DNA of 63,041 bases, counting the filler, from Chiloscyllium plagiosum (lineage: Eukaryota), in the NCBI RefSeq assembly GCF_004010195.1. It is 5 parts of 2 records of this genome, joined end to end, with 100 filler letters (N's around TTAATTAATTAA, not from the genome) between each part and the next. Parts side by side here need not be neighbours in the genome. Positions count along the whole stretch, not along the records: positions 61,653 to 63,041 come from NC_057713.1; 4 more parts are not named here. One strand, 5' to 3'. Shown one piece after another: positions 61,653-63,041 of the stretch (position 1 is the stretch's first letter; each line of letters starts with the position of its first letter). The position numbers and the translations under genes are program-made. The notes under the pieces were generated by a model. It did not search any database. It was not told the origin of the DNA and saw only the letters and a program-made list of their open reading frames with translations.

Positions 61653-63041
61653 GCCATGGGAGGAGGTGAGTCCCAGACTGGAGGCCATGGTGAGGAGGTG
61701 AGTCTCAGACTGAAGGCCATGGTGGGGAGGTGAGTTCCAGACCAGAGCCCATGTTGGGGAGGCGAGTCCCAGACCAGAGCCAATGGTGATGATGTGAGTC
61801 CCAAACTGGAGGCCATGGTGGGGATATGAGTCCCAGACCAGAGCCCATGGAGGGGACGTGAGTCCCAGACTGGAGGCCATGGTGGGGAGGTGAGTCCCAG
61901 ACTGGAGGCCATGGAGGGGACGTGAGTCCCAGACTGGAGGCCTTGGTGAGGCGGTGAGTCCCAGACTGAAGGCCATGGTGGGGAGGTGAGTTCCAGACCA
62001 GAGCCCATGGTGTGGTGGCGAGTCCCTGACCGAGTCCATGGTGGGGAGGCGAGTCCCAGACCGGAAGCCATGGTGGGAGGTAAGTCCCAGACTGGAGGCC
62101 ATGGTGGGGAGGTGAGTCCCAGGCTGGAGGCCATGGTGGGGAGGTGAGTCCCAGACTGGAGGCCATGGTGGGGAAATGAGTCCCAGACTGGAGGCCATGG
62201 TGGGAAGGTAAGTCCCAGGCCGGAGGCCATAATGAGGAGTTGAGTCCCAGACTGGAGGCCATGGTGTGGAGGTGAGTTCCAGGCCGGAGGCCATGGTGGG
62301 GATGTGAGTCCCAGACTGGAGGCTATAGTGGGGAGGTGAGATCCAGACCAGAGCCCATGGTGGGGAGGCGAGTCCCAGATGGAGGCCATGATGGGGAAGT
62401 GAGTCCCAGACCAGAGCCCATGGTGGGGAGGAGAGTCGCAGACTGGAGCCCATGGTGGGGAGGTGAGTCCCAGACTGGAGCCCATGGTGGGGAGACGAAA
62501 CACAGACTGGAGGCAATGGTGAGGAGGTGAGTCCCAGACTGGAGGCCATGGTGGGAAGGTGAGTCCCAGACTGGAGGCCATGTTGGGGATGCGAGTCCCA
62601 GACTGGAGGCAATGGTGGGGAGGTGAGTCCCAGACTGGTGGCCATGGTGAGGAGGTGAGTCCCAAACCAGAGCCCATGGTGGGGAGGTCAGTCCCAGACC
62701 AGAGCCCATGGTGGGGAGGCGAGTCCCTGACCGAATCCATGATGGGGAGGCGAGTCCCAGACCAGAGCCAATGGTGGGGATGTGAGTCCCAGACTGGAGG
62801 CCATGGTGGGGATGCGAGTCCCAGACCAGAGCCCATGGAGGGGAGATGAGTCCCAGACCAGAGGCCATGGAGGGGAGGTGAGTCCCATACCAGAGCCCAT
62901 GGAGGGGGGTGAGTCCCAGACCAGAGCCCATGGTGGGGAGGTAAGTCCCATACTGGAGGCCATGGCGGGGAGGTGAGTTCCAGACCAGAGCCCATGGTGG
63001 GGAGGCGAGTCCCAGACTGGAGGCCATGGTGAGGAGGTGAG
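61653..63041. repeat. 32-bp minisatellite, about 43 units, open at both ends
   Basis: Consensus CCATGGTGGGGAGGTGAGTCCCAGACTGGAGG with a recurrent GACCAGAGCCCATGG variant; 32-aa periodicity in the ORF track equals 3 x 32 nt. Confidence 0.97.

Noticed and set aside
61601..63027. Long minus-strand ORFs up to 464 aa
   Set aside because: By-product of a stop-free 32-bp repeat; all frames give the same permuted peptide.
61653..63041. CRISPR-like array
   Set aside because: Units are head-to-tail with no unique spacers, there are no cas genes, and the context is vertebrate.

Overview
Repeat-dense vertebrate genomic DNA, almost certainly from a cartilaginous fish (inferred from numerous HE1-type tRNA-derived SINEs and shark-type CR1 LINEs). 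It is five pieces joined by four artificial 100-nt N spacers carrying a TTAATTAATTAA six-frame-stop linker, so adjacency across gaps is unverified. The only host coding sequence I can support is one internal ankyrin-repeat exon of an ASB10-like gene (41026-41530, +). Most of the rest is decayed retroelements: many CR1 fragments (two with Zn-finger/esterase ORF1), Penelope-like elements (PLEs) of at least three families, a Gmr1-type LTR retrotransposon (PRO-INT-RT-RH order), a Tx1-like L1 relic and an L1 5' end. The most interesting structure is a set of ~190-400 bp fold-back PLE insertions with 13-15 bp target duplications, a constant ~34-35 nt unpaired tail and minimal hammerhead-ribozyme-like cores. 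Also notable are a periodic CCAAT/E2F promoter, a perfect ERSE motif, a 139-bp intronic inverted duplication and a 32-bp minisatellite carrying a splice-donor consensus in most units. Element boundaries are read by eye and are approximate unless a target duplication is quoted.
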